Below are positions 24,773 to 32,616 of a stretch of DNA of 51,248 bases, one piece after another. Origin of the DNA: a virus (taxonomy: Duplodnaviria > Caudoviricetes); IMG/VR virus record IMGVR_UViG_3300048999_000032, positions 1 to 51,248 of that record; one strand, written 5' to 3'. The position numbers and the translations under genes are program-made. The notes under the pieces were generated by a model, which worked only from the letters and a program-made list of their open reading frames with translations, made no database searches and had not been told where the DNA came from. Each line of letters opens with the position of its first letter. The first letter of the stretch is position 1.

Positions 24773-25170
24773 TGAGCGACCATTCTCCTTGGCCAGACGA
24801 GCATGTCGTCTACGACTTCTGCGAGGCGATCGATGGAGCCAATCCGGTGACCGCCGCGATGGTGGGCGCGCCTACGGTCGACCGGATCACCTCGGACCAG
24901 GTCGCCGAGGTCGCCGAGTGGTACATCACTTACCACGACGGAGCCCCGTATGTTGCTGGCAGCGGCGACACGGGCAGTGAGCTTGACCTCGTGGCGATCC
25001 TGCGGCTGAAGGACGGCCGCTGGGCTTCGGTGCAGGGATGGAACGACTACACGGGCTGGGGATGCCAGGACGGCTCGCAGATGTCCATCGGTGCCACGAA
25101 GGAGCAGGTCGTCAGGTTCGGTCTGGATGACGAAGGCCGCAGCAAGCTCGGACTGGTGAACCCGTCGTGA
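24769..25170 (+). CDS. Hypothetical protein
   Basis: LRLKDGRWASVQGWNDYTGWGCQ; coupled. Confidence 0.7.
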   Translation: MMSDHSPWPDEHVVYDFCEAIDGANPVTAAMVGAPTVDRITSDQVAEVAEWYITYHDGAPYVAGSGDTGSELDLVAILRLKDGRWASVQGWNDYTGWGCQDGSQMSIGATKEQVVRFGLDDEGRSKLGLVNPS

Positions 25171-25484
25171 CCCGGTCTGTGGAGATCCCGGACGCCGTGG
25201 TTTCGCGCGCTGCTGACGCCTTCCGAGACAACCTGGAGTACGACGCTTTCGGGGAGGTCGGGGATGATCAGCGTTTCGATGCCATGCGCTTCGCTCTCTT
25301 GGCGGCTAGGCCGTACCTGATGCCGACGCGGGATGCGCTGGTGGACCTCATGAACGCGCACCCGATCGAGGCGTTCAATGGTTCGCAGAGCGTCTGCGGA
25401 TGCAACCTGACTTGGCGGACGAACGTCGAGTACCGCGCTCACCTCGCTGACATGGTCCTGGCTCTGCTGAACGGCGAGTCGTGA
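25167..25484 (+). CDS. Hypothetical protein
   Basis: Coupled ORF; CGC...YRAHLAD. Confidence 0.65.
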   Translation: MTRSVEIPDAVVSRAADAFRDNLEYDAFGEVGDDQRFDAMRFALLAARPYLMPTRDALVDLMNAHPIEAFNGSQSVCGCNLTWRTNVEYRAHLADMVLALLNGES

Positions 25485-25903
25485 CCTACCGGCTGACCCT
25501 CTGCCTACTCGCCGTCCTCACACTGGCGGGCTGCGGACCAACCCCGGCGTTGATCGGCCGGCTGAACCCGGATGTCGCACAGGCCACGATCGGTGCCACG
25601 ATCTGCAAGGCGGGGTGGGCCAAGTCTGTGCGTCCGCCTGCGTCGTACACGTCGAAGCTGAAGCGTCAGCAGTTGCCTGCGGGCGCGAAGGCGAAGGACT
25701 TCCAGGAGGACCACCTAATGCCGATCGAGCTCGGAGGCGCACCGCGTGACCCGGAGAACCTGCGGCCTGTCCCGATGCACCAGGCGGAGGGGGACGACGT
25801 TTGGGAGAACAAGCTGCACCGCGAGGTGTGTGCCGGGTCTATGACGTTGGAGGCTGCGAGGGTGAAGATGAGCGAGATCAAGAAGGGTGAGGATGGATCG
25901 TGA
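25481..25903 (+). CDS. Lipoprotein with HNH-like fold
   Basis: Lipobox LAGC; TIC..GW...VRPP; EDHLMPIELGGAPRDPENL. Confidence 0.75.
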   Translation: MTYRLTLCLLAVLTLAGCGPTPALIGRLNPDVAQATIGATICKAGWAKSVRPPASYTSKLKRQQLPAGAKAKDFQEDHLMPIELGGAPRDPENLRPVPMHQAEGDDVWENKLHREVCAGSMTLEAARVKMSEIKKGEDGS

Positions 25904-26232
25904 CCAGCCTGCGGCAGAGCAAGTGTGGGTGTTGGCAGTCATCGCCTCCGGTGTGGTGGCCGTGGTACTACAAGCCGGGTGACTGGCAGTCCTGGAAGCC
26001 GTTCTCCCGAGGCGGGGACCAATGGTGCCGCTGGACCCTGGTCGTCGGCTTCGGCTACGTCACAGGCGTGCTGGTGATCCCCCTGTGGGAGTGTCGCGGA
26101 TGCGAGGACTGCGGCCCGATGACGCTGGATGGCGTCGGCTACCCTCATCCGCTAACTCCAACGGAAGCCGCCGTTGCGTTGGAGCGTGAGCGGCAATCCC
26201 AACTCGCGTGGGACCTCGCACACCCCGAGTAG
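25900..26232 (+). CDS. Trp/Cys-rich hypothetical protein
   Basis: Coupled ORF; GGDQWCRWT, CRGCEDC. Confidence 0.6.
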   Translation: MTSLRQSKCGCWQSSPPVWWPWYYKPGDWQSWKPFSRGGDQWCRWTLVVGFGYVTGVLVIPLWECRGCEDCGPMTLDGVGYPHPLTPTEAAVALERERQSQLAWDLAHPE

Positions 26233-26315
26233 CGGTACCCTGAGAACGCAAAAGTGCGCTGCACCCCGCCAGAACGGGATGCAGCGCGAGAGTCAGACTG
26301 ATTGGAGTCCGACGA

Positions 26316-26603
26316 ATGAACGATAGCAAGCAGGCGATGAGCAGCCCGCACTACCTGAAGTCCCAGCTGCACACCTACGTGATCCCGGTCTCGCCGAAGT
26401 CTCTGAAGGAGACGATGTGCGTCACGGAGCACGCCCTCAATGAACTGGAGCGGCTGCACCCTGGCTACAACGCTGGGGGGACGATCGCTACCCATCTCGC
26501 CGTGGTCCGCGAGCTGATCGCCGAGTGCGACCGGAAGCGGCCTACCGGATCAGACGGCAAGCACGGCGATCTACACACACCTGAGTGTGGGTGCCAGCCG
26601 TGA
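26316..26603 (+). CDS. Hypothetical protein
   Basis: KRPTGSDGKHGDLHTPECGC; GGAG RBS. Confidence 0.65.
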   Translation: MNDSKQAMSSPHYLKSQLHTYVIPVSPKSLKETMCVTEHALNELERLHPGYNAGGTIATHLAVVRELIAECDRKRPTGSDGKHGDLHTPECGCQP

Positions 26604-26851
26604 CCGATAGCAAGACAGTGGTGGAGGATCTGGCAGCGGAGGTCGGGACGTGCGATCTGTGCGACCAGGAGATGATCCGTACTGCCGATGATTGCTGGCA
26701 CCCGTGGACCGTGACGAGGGCTTGCCCGCCTGAGCCTGGCTCGTACGACGGGCCGCAGGCGTGGGCTGAGTGGCGTGCCGCTGGCAACGACAACCACCGC
26801 CCTGGCAGGCAGCACTTCCGCCCGGTTGAGCGACAGGGGGTAGAGGCGTGA
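26600..26851 (+). CDS. Hypothetical protein
   Basis: CDLC...CWHP; coupled. Confidence 0.6.
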   Translation: MTDSKTVVEDLAAEVGTCDLCDQEMIRTADDCWHPWTVTRACPPEPGSYDGPQAWAEWRAAGNDNHRPGRQHFRPVERQGVEA

Positions 26852-27132
26852 GGACCAAGGAACTCCAGACGTGCATCTACGACCACCGTCCGCACGAGTG
26901 TCGCCACCGGCGCGAGGATGCGGAGTATCACGCTCGGAAGAAGGAAGGCCCCTGCATGACTGAGACCCCCCCGAGTGTGACAGCCGACGACGGCAGCCAT
27001 TGGCGTCTGATCAACAACGAATGGGTTGGCTGGTCCGATGGCGAGTCGTGGACCGAGTCCGAGGCTGCGATGGAGCAGTACTTCCCTGAGGTTGTGCAAC
27101 GGTGGAACGACCTGACGAAGGAGCAGCCGTGA
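26848..27132 (+). CDS. Hypothetical protein (alternative start 26956)
   Basis: Coupled ORF. Confidence 0.55.
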   Translation: MRTKELQTCIYDHRPHECRHRREDAEYHARKKEGPCMTETPPSVTADDGSHWRLINNEWVGWSDGESWTESEAAMEQYFPEVVQRWNDLTKEQP

Positions 27133-27299
27133 GCGACCTCAACGACCTGGAGTTCATGCTTCTGCTCGACGCCAAGCCGGACCGATGCGAGGACTGCGCC
27201 GATGGCACCGCTCACCAGCACGCGAATGGCGATCTGGTCGCCTGCCGCACCCGCTGCCCCGGGTGTATCTACTGTCCGCGAGCGGACGAGGAGTGGTGA
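27129..27299 (+). CDS. Small Cys-rich protein
   Basis: CEDC...CPGCIYC; coupled. Confidence 0.55.
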   Translation: MSDLNDLEFMLLLDAKPDRCEDCADGTAHQHANGDLVACRTRCPGCIYCPRADEEW

Positions 27300-27493
27300 T
27301 GACCGAGCGCCGTGAGGTTGTCGTAGGCAGCGTCCTCCAAGCCCACCAGCTGCAGCAGTACCTGAACAGCGCCGGGGTCGACTGGCGCAGCTGGCCTCTC
27401 ACCATGACCCAGACCCGCGTCGAGATCACTGCCGAGTCCGAGCAGTGGACGGGTATCAACCAGTGGCTTCAACGGATCGGAGTGCAGTCATGA
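27299..27493 (+). CDS. Hypothetical protein
   Basis: GAGGAG RBS; coupled. Confidence 0.55.
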   Translation: MTERREVVVGSVLQAHQLQQYLNSAGVDWRSWPLTMTQTRVEITAESEQWTGINQWLQRIGVQS

Positions 27494-27669
27494 GCGAACC
27501 GAACGAAGAGCTCTGCACCCACGATTGGGAGCCGTTCTGGGACGGCTCGCTCGGCTACGCCGCCACTGACTGCTGCCGAGTCTGCGGGGACTACCGCGAC
27601 ACTCCGCCGGCTGCGACGTTGGTGGATACCGGGTCGTTCTTCGTGCCGGTACCGAAGGAGGAATCGTGA
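27490..27669 (+). CDS. Small Zn-finger protein
   Basis: CTHDW...CRVCG. Confidence 0.55.
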   Translation: MSEPNEELCTHDWEPFWDGSLGYAATDCCRVCGDYRDTPPAATLVDTGSFFVPVPKEES

Positions 27670-27776
27670 GCCAGGAGTTCTGGGTGGGCTTCCTCGCTGG
27701 GGGCGTGTTCGCCTCGGTCATCACCATGGCGACAGGGGTCACCCGTGCATGGTGGGCCAACCGGAGACGGCCGTGA
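27666..27776 (+). CDS. Small membrane protein (36 aa)
   Basis: MSQEFWVGFLAGGVFASVITMATG...; 4-nt overlaps. Confidence 0.5.
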   Translation: MSQEFWVGFLAGGVFASVITMATGVTRAWWANRRRP

Positions 27777-28000
27777 GGTTCCAGCCTCGTATGGACGAGT
27801 ACGGCAGGTGGGCTGTCCTGGACACCGGGCAGCCGTTCTACCACCTCATGACCAGCCGGTACGTGGACGAGGACTCGGCGCAGGCGATGGCTGACATCCT
27901 CAACGCTTCGGGTTGTTCCAGTGCCGAGAAGGACAAGCTGTGGGCGATACATGACCGGGTTGTCCGGTACGCGCCGATGCTAGAGCGGAGCAAGGGATGA
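27773..28000 (+). CDS. Hypothetical protein
   Basis: Coupled ORF. Confidence 0.55.
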   Translation: MRFQPRMDEYGRWAVLDTGQPFYHLMTSRYVDEDSAQAMADILNASGCSSAEKDKLWAIHDRVVRYAPMLERSKG

Positions 28001-28416
28001 GCAGCATCGTGCAATTAGCGCTCTTCGTTCTCAGCATCGTCGCGTTTTGGTGGTGCATCGGCTACATCACAGGCCAGCGCCCGTTGTTGAAGTGGTCAAG
28101 GCGGGAGCGAATCAAGAAGGAGAACCCGTTCGCGGTAGAGATCCTGCGGGTCCGTGATGAGGTCAACCGTGAGATCAACCGTCAAGCGCCGCGCGTCGGA
28201 GCCTCCCGATCCAGCATCGTCCTCAGTCCCGGCGAGCGGGTCATTCCCCTCCCTCAGGTGGGTGGAGTCCGCAAGCCTCAGGTGCCTGCTCGCGGGACGT
28301 GCAGCCACTGGCCACGGGATGAGGTCAGGCTCAGTGATGGGTCCCTCGTCGCCTACATCTGCCGCCGCTGCGGTCGCGACTGGGCGAACGAAGAGTGGGT
28401 CACCTCCACCACCTAG
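27997..28416 (+). CDS. Membrane-anchored protein with C-terminal Zn finger
   Basis: N-terminal TM; CSH...CRRCG. Confidence 0.65.
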   Translation: MSSIVQLALFVLSIVAFWWCIGYITGQRPLLKWSRRERIKKENPFAVEILRVRDEVNREINRQAPRVGASRSSIVLSPGERVIPLPQVGGVRKPQVPARGTCSHWPRDEVRLSDGSLVAYICRRCGRDWANEEWVTSTT

Positions 28417-28476
28417 GTTTCGCCTCCCCGGATACCCACTCATACGGCATATGAGCTGGCCCGGGGAACGCGGAAA

Positions 28477-28513
28477 GATGGCCCGTCTCCCCTGCGAAGG
28501 GAGACGGGCCATC
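28477..28513. terminator. Hairpin between convergent transcription units
   Basis: GATGGCCCGTCTCCC-7 nt-GGGAGACGGGCCATC perfect 15-bp stem. Confidence 0.7.
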
Positions 28514-28524
28514 GTGTGTTTGAG

Positions 28525-28594
28525 GGCAGCGACCGAGGACTTGAACCTCGGAACCTCCCCAACCATGAGTGCTCTGCCTTTGAGCTACCGCTAC
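28525..28594 (-). tRNA. Degenerate tRNA-like element (truncated anticodon arm)
   Basis: GTAGCGG-TA-GCTCAAAGGCAGAGC (D arm)...CCGAGGTTCAAGTCCTCGG (T arm)-TCGCTGC; only 19 nt between the D and T arms. Confidence 0.55.
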
Positions 28595-28606
28595 CCAGTG
28601 AGCAGG

Positions 28607-28759
28607 CTACAGGCCGTGGAGCACCAGTACGAACAGGTACCCCGCTACACAGGTGACAGCCGCAGCAAGCCACCGTACGTCCCGTGCGATGGCCGCTACC
28701 ACGCCGAGGATGACCGCTGCCAGAGTCAGGACCAGCAGCAGCAACTGGAACCCGGTCAC
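28607..28759 (-). CDS. Small two-TM membrane protein
   Basis: MTGFQLLLLVLTLAAVILGVVAAIARDVRWLAAAVTCVAGYLFVLVLHGL; last gene of the lysis cassette. Confidence 0.65.
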   Translation of the reverse strand: MTGFQLLLLVLTLAAVILGVVAAIARDVRWLAAAVTCVAGYLFVLVLHGL

Positions 28760-28926
28760 GGCTGAGCCGGCGGCTGGTTCGGGATCTGGAACGTCGCGAT
28801 TGCTGTGACGATCACCAGAGCGAACGCCACGTACGTCTTCGCGCCATCCGGGACGATACCGGTGGTCGCCGACAGCGCGGTCAGGATGGAGCCGATCAGG
28901 GCCGCGTAGGCCTTCGCGTACCTCAT
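28756..28926 (-). CDS. Holin (56 aa, absent from ORF track)
   Basis: MRYAKAYAALIGSILTALS...VAFALVIVTAIATFQIPN; two TMs directly after the endolysin. Confidence 0.75.
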   Translation of the reverse strand: MRYAKAYAALIGSILTALSATTGIVPDGAKTYVAFALVIVTAIATFQIPNQPPAQP

Positions 28927-29702
28927 GGCTTCGGGTGCAGCGCGTCAGCGAGCGCCTGCAGCGCCGCGGTCTGTGCCTGGAGCGCGGCGAGGTGGGCCGC
29001 ACGGTAGGCGACCTCCTGCGCGTGCCAGATGCCGAGGGTTCCCGTGGGGCCGTACAGGCGCCCGTTGTAGGTCTCGTACTCGTCGACAGTCATCTCATCC
29101 TCCGGGGTTACTGGTGGCTTGACGGGCGGCTTCACTGGTGGCTTGGGCGGCGGGTCGACACTGCCGGGCGTGAACTTTCCAGCGCTGATCAGCGACTCGG
29201 CGATATCACCGGGGCAGTCCGTGGTCTGCTGACCCTGGCTGTTACGGGGCCGGACGTCACGGTGCCCGTACGGCTTCAGGCGCGCGCCTGGGAACCGTTT
29301 GCGGAAGTCTGCGATGACACCCTTGGTCGTGGCGATCATCGCCGCAGAAGGCTGCTCACCGGGCGCGAGGATCAGCAGGAACGCGCCGAACCTGCGGTTC
29401 ACGTCGGCGTCGCCGTTCGCGCCCGACCGGATGTTCAGGCCCCGCAGGGTCCACGCACGCCCGGCCTGGTCGATCGCGATCTGGTAGGCGATGTCGGACC
29501 ATCCACGGCTGTCCATGTGGTAGTTCTGCCAGCCGCGCAGAGCCGACGCCACGCGCGCCTGACCAGCTGCTCCGGTGGCGTTGATGGGCTTGGCCATGCC
29601 GGGCCAGTGCAGCGCCTCGCCGTCGATGTTCGAGGCTACGAGAGCCGTCGCGCCGCGAGAGGTGCGGGCATTCCACGCGGTCCGAGGAAGATAGATGACC
29701 AT
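28923..29702 (-). CDS. Endolysin, N-acetylmuramoyl-L-alanine amidase (Amidase_2/PGRP)
   Basis: R..W.AR, LHW, HMDSRGWSDIAY, GHRDV, TDCPG. Confidence 0.92.
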   Translation of the reverse strand: MVIYLPRTAWNARTSRGATALVASNIDGEALHWPGMAKPINATGAAGQARVASALRGWQNYHMDSRGWSDIAYQIAIDQAGRAWTLRGLNIRSGANGDADVNRRFGAFLLILAPGEQPSAAMIATTKGVIADFRKRFPGARLKPYGHRDVRPRNSQGQQTTDCPGDIAESLISAGKFTPGSVDPPPKPPVKPPVKPPVTPEDEMTVDEYETYNGRLYGPTGTLGIWHAQEVAYRAAHLAALQAQTAALQALADALHPKP

Positions 29703-29845
29703 CAGTCGTCCACCTCGATCTCGAGCATCCGGACGAGCCCCTCATGGAAGCTCGTATGACGATCGAAGTCGGTCGTCAGGCAACCGCAGATGGAGCATTG
29801 CGCGGCGTCACCCAGATTGGCATCGGTGTACTTCGGAGCCTTCAT
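29702..29845 (-). CDS. 47-aa C2H2-like protein
   Basis: MKAPKYTDANLGDAAQCSICGCLTTDFDRHTSFHEGLVRMLEIEVDD; coupled on both sides. Confidence 0.55.
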   Translation of the reverse strand: MKAPKYTDANLGDAAQCSICGCLTTDFDRHTSFHEGLVRMLEIEVDD

Positions 29846-29994
29846 GAAGGGTCACCGTCCTCGAAGACGCTGTCAGGGAGTTCAGCCAGGCCAACCCCGG
29901 CGTCGCCCTCCTCGGCGGGCATATCGGTCTCGGTTGGCAACTGGGTGCCATCCGGTGTCTCGTCATCGGTGGGCTCAAGGTTCGGTTCGGTCAC
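29842..29994 (-). CDS. 50-aa acidic peptide
   Basis: MTEPNLEPTDDETPDG...; AAGGGGAG RBS. Confidence 0.5.
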   Translation of the reverse strand: MTEPNLEPTDDETPDGTQLPTETDMPAEEGDAGVGLAELPDSVFEDGDPS

Positions 29995-30104
29995 GACAGC
30001 TCCCCTTCTTCACTCGGTGGGTTTCAGGTCAATGCCTCAATGAGGCGATCAGCAGCAGCACACAGAAGACCACCCACACAGTGACCCGCAGCCAATACAG
30101 GACC

Positions 30105-30533
30105 TCAGTCGCAGACCTGCTTCGGGGGGTCCGGGATCGGGTGGTCTCGGCGTGCGTCATCGGCTGTCGCCCTCTCCTTGGTCTGATTCGTCAGAGCCGT
30201 CTGGTAGGCACGGAACAGCCGCAGCAGCTCGGTCTGCTCAGCCGCCGTCCGTTGCCCAGCAGGCTTGTTCAGGATCGGCGACAGGAACAGGGCAGCCTGC
30301 GCGTCGTCGGCGCTACGTTCCGCGTCGCGTTCCTCGTTCGCCGCCGCGGTCAGCGCCACACTGCGGTCGTTGTTGGCGTTGTTGTACGCAGCGACACACT
30401 TGGTCAGCTCGTGGTTCTGGTAGAACGCGACCCCACCCACCACCAGCGACAGCACCACGACGACGCGGATGATCGCATCCACCAGCGCCGACGCCATGAA
30501 GCGCCGGATGCTATGCCGGACCATCTTTGCCAC
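30105..30533 (-). CDS. Membrane protein of the lysis region
   Basis: One TM plus coiled coil flanked by two Cys. Confidence 0.7.
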   Translation of the reverse strand: MAKMVRHSIRRFMASALVDAIIRVVVVLSLVVGGVAFYQNHELTKCVAAYNNANNDRSVALTAAANEERDAERSADDAQAALFLSPILNKPAGQRTAAEQTELLRLFRAYQTALTNQTKERATADDARRDHPIPDPPKQVCD

Positions 30534-30690
30534 CCCGCTTCAGCGAAGGGTTGAGCGAGAAGTAGATCGCAGCAGGGAAGCCCCACACGATCGCGTCGAT
30601 GTCGCCGCCGCGGATCAGCGTGACCGCGACGTACACGACCCACACGGCCAGCGCGGTCAGCATCACGGTGTTGCGGACCCAGTCATCCAC
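30511..30690 (-). CDS. Small membrane protein (holin-like)
   Basis: VDDWVRNTVMLTALAVWVVYVAVTL...IVWGFPAAIYF. Confidence 0.6.
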   Translation of the reverse strand: MDDWVRNTVMLTALAVWVVYVAVTLIRGGDIDAIVWGFPAAIYFSLNPSLKRGGKDGPA

Positions 30691-30802
30691 TGCGCCCCCA
30701 GGTACTAGATTCAGACACTCAGCCGTTTCCATTGGTTCCCCTTACCAGGATGGTCTGCTGGTATCGGCGGGGTCTGGGCCGATGGGTTTTCAGGTAGAGC
30801 TC

Positions 30803-31690
30803 TCACGGCTGCACGGGATAGATGCGACCCGCGACAGGCGGATGCCAGAGGTCCGAGACGCTGGCCGCTGGGCCGAAGTTGGCCGCAAACTGGCTCGCCA
30901 CACTGTGCTGCCCAACGGCCCACGCGCCAGGCGGCGACCATTGAGCGTAGCTCGGAGCAACGACCGTGCGGAGATGGTCGACGATCGTGTTGTAGATCGA
31001 GTTGTTCGGGCCAAGACCCGTATCGGACGGGAACCAGGTACAGGTTTCCCCTCGCACATCAGCCGGCCGCGGACTGGAGGCGGTCCCCCAGTAGAGGCGG
31101 CTGACGAAGAACATCAGATCGCCCATGAGCGTGTGCCACGCCGGGTCCGACCACATTTCGTAGGCGGCGATCCCGGCAGCCGCATGGTCCGGGTGGTCGT
31201 CGGTGGGCGACATGGTGCGGATGTGCGTGTTCGGAGGCAGGCTGCTCACCCACGGTTCCAGTACGGCCCGTGCTGCATCCACTGCCTGCCGGGTCACCGG
31301 GGCAGTGGAGGACCCGCAGCCGTTGCAGCCGTAGTTGGTGCCGAGTCCACCCTCGTAGAAGAAGGTGCTCCCGGTCACCCCTGCTGTGGCCGGGGTGATG
31401 CGGGTCATCGCGTAGATGGCCGCCTTGAACTCAGCCCAGCGCGCTGCCCCGATCTCATCCTCAGTGGGTAGTTCGTAGCCCTCTTGCTGCGGCTCGTGGG
31501 TGTAGGGGTGGAACCTGCAGGGCTGGCTTCCGTCAAACCTGAGGCTCGCTGCGGTGACCGGTCCTCGGGACATGAGGAGAGCGTGGACGTTGAATCCCGC
31601 GCGGGCGTACCAGGCGAGGCCGTAGCCCGCCGAGAGCGTTTCGTCATCGGCGTGCGGCGATGCGAACGCGACGTTCCCTGCCGCTGTCAT
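30803..31690 (-). CDS. PIG-L/LmbE-family deacetylase
   Basis: SPHADDE and HPDH metal-binding motifs; R..EF..A. Confidence 0.85.
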   Translation of the reverse strand: MTAAGNVAFASPHADDETLSAGYGLAWYARAGFNVHALLMSRGPVTAASLRFDGSQPCRFHPYTHEPQQEGYELPTEDEIGAARWAEFKAAIYAMTRITPATAGVTGSTFFYEGGLGTNYGCNGCGSSTAPVTRQAVDAARAVLEPWVSSLPPNTHIRTMSPTDDHPDHAAAGIAAYEMWSDPAWHTLMGDLMFFVSRLYWGTASSPRPADVRGETCTWFPSDTGLGPNNSIYNTIVDHLRTVVAPSYAQWSPPGAWAVGQHSVASQFAANFGPAASVSDLWHPPVAGRIYPVQP

Positions 31691-31848
31691 GTCGCGTCGC
31701 GGAGTAAGGCGTCTTGGGCCCGCTCGTAGTCGTTGATCACGGCAACGTCAGCGAGCACCTCATCGGTCGGTTCACGGGACGAGAACCCTGCCGGGTCCGC
31801 CAGTTGCCGGGATTTCGCCGCGTCGTACTCATCCTTCGTGGGTTCCAT
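31687..31848 (-). CDS. Small hypothetical protein (53 aa)
   Basis: MEPTKDEYDAAKSRQLADP...; coupled on both sides. Confidence 0.55.
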   Translation of the reverse strand: MEPTKDEYDAAKSRQLADPAGFSSREPTDEVLADVAVINDYERAQDALLRDAT

Positions 31849-32090
31849 CAGGTTGGGGTGATCGCTTGCGAGCTCGGCGTCACCTTGACCGCAGAGGTGA
31901 CAACGAAGTTCTCCGCGGCGGAGACGACATCAACGAAGGCTTGCATGCAAGCATCGGTGTCCTCCTCCTCCGCGATATTGCCGAAGCTCAGAGTCGCGAC
32001 CACATCGCCAGAGCCGGTGATCGTCGCGTGATTCATGGTGACCGCGTAAGTCCGGTTGGATGGGTCAAGGGCGGGTGATCCGTATGACAT
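31848..32090 (-). CDS. Small tail-region protein
   Basis: MSYGSPALDPS...; AGGGAG RBS. Confidence 0.6.
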   Translation of the reverse strand: MSYGSPALDPSNRTYAVTMNHATITGSGDVVATLSFGNIAEEEDTDACMQAFVDVVSAAENFVVTSAVKVTPSSQAITPT

Positions 32091-32106
32091 TGCATGCACT
32101 CCCTGA

Positions 32107-32607
32107 TTAGGCGGCTTCGTAGGTTCCAGCAATGTTGATCTCATCGCCGGTTGCCGGGGTGACGATGGGGTAGTTGTGCGACATGAACGAGTTGGCCGAC
32201 GACTCCAGCATCCGGATCGTCGTCGACGAGTTCCCGATCCCGATCAAGCAGTACGGCTTGGTGATGTTCAGGTCGTACATGAACCCTGTCGTGCCCGGGT
32301 TGCCCGGGTTGCCGGTGTCCTTCGGTGTGAACGGCGGGTAGGTGAAGCTGTACGCACCCGACCCCCAAGTGGTGGTGGTGCCCCCGACAATGGCGATCCT
32401 GTAGAAGATCAGCTTCCCCGCCGCGGCATAGGCGCCGTCGATGGTGCCGTTGCCGATCACCGGGTTCGTCGTGGCCGCAGTCCACACCGGCGTGTACGCG
32501 GTCCACGATCCACCGATCGCGTTGAAGTTGTCCCGGATGTGTGTGTTGAGTGTGGCTGCGGCCGGTTTCTCCCCTGACAACCATGTTCGCGGTGACGTCC
32601 AAGCCAT
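32107..32607 (-). CDS. Minor tail protein
   Basis: MAWTSPRTW..GE...AATLNTHIRDN, WTAYTP, GTYEAA motifs. Confidence 0.8.
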   Translation of the reverse strand: MAWTSPRTWLSGEKPAAATLNTHIRDNFNAIGGSWTAYTPVWTAATTNPVIGNGTIDGAYAAAGKLIFYRIAIVGGTTTTWGSGAYSFTYPPFTPKDTGNPGNPGTTGFMYDLNITKPYCLIGIGNSSTTIRMLESSANSFMSHNYPIVTPATGDEINIAGTYEAA

Positions 32608-32616
32608 TGTTTCCTC

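Noticed and set aside
29105-29155. Short tandem repeats in the endolysin gene
   Set aside because: They encode an ordinary Pro/Lys interdomain linker.
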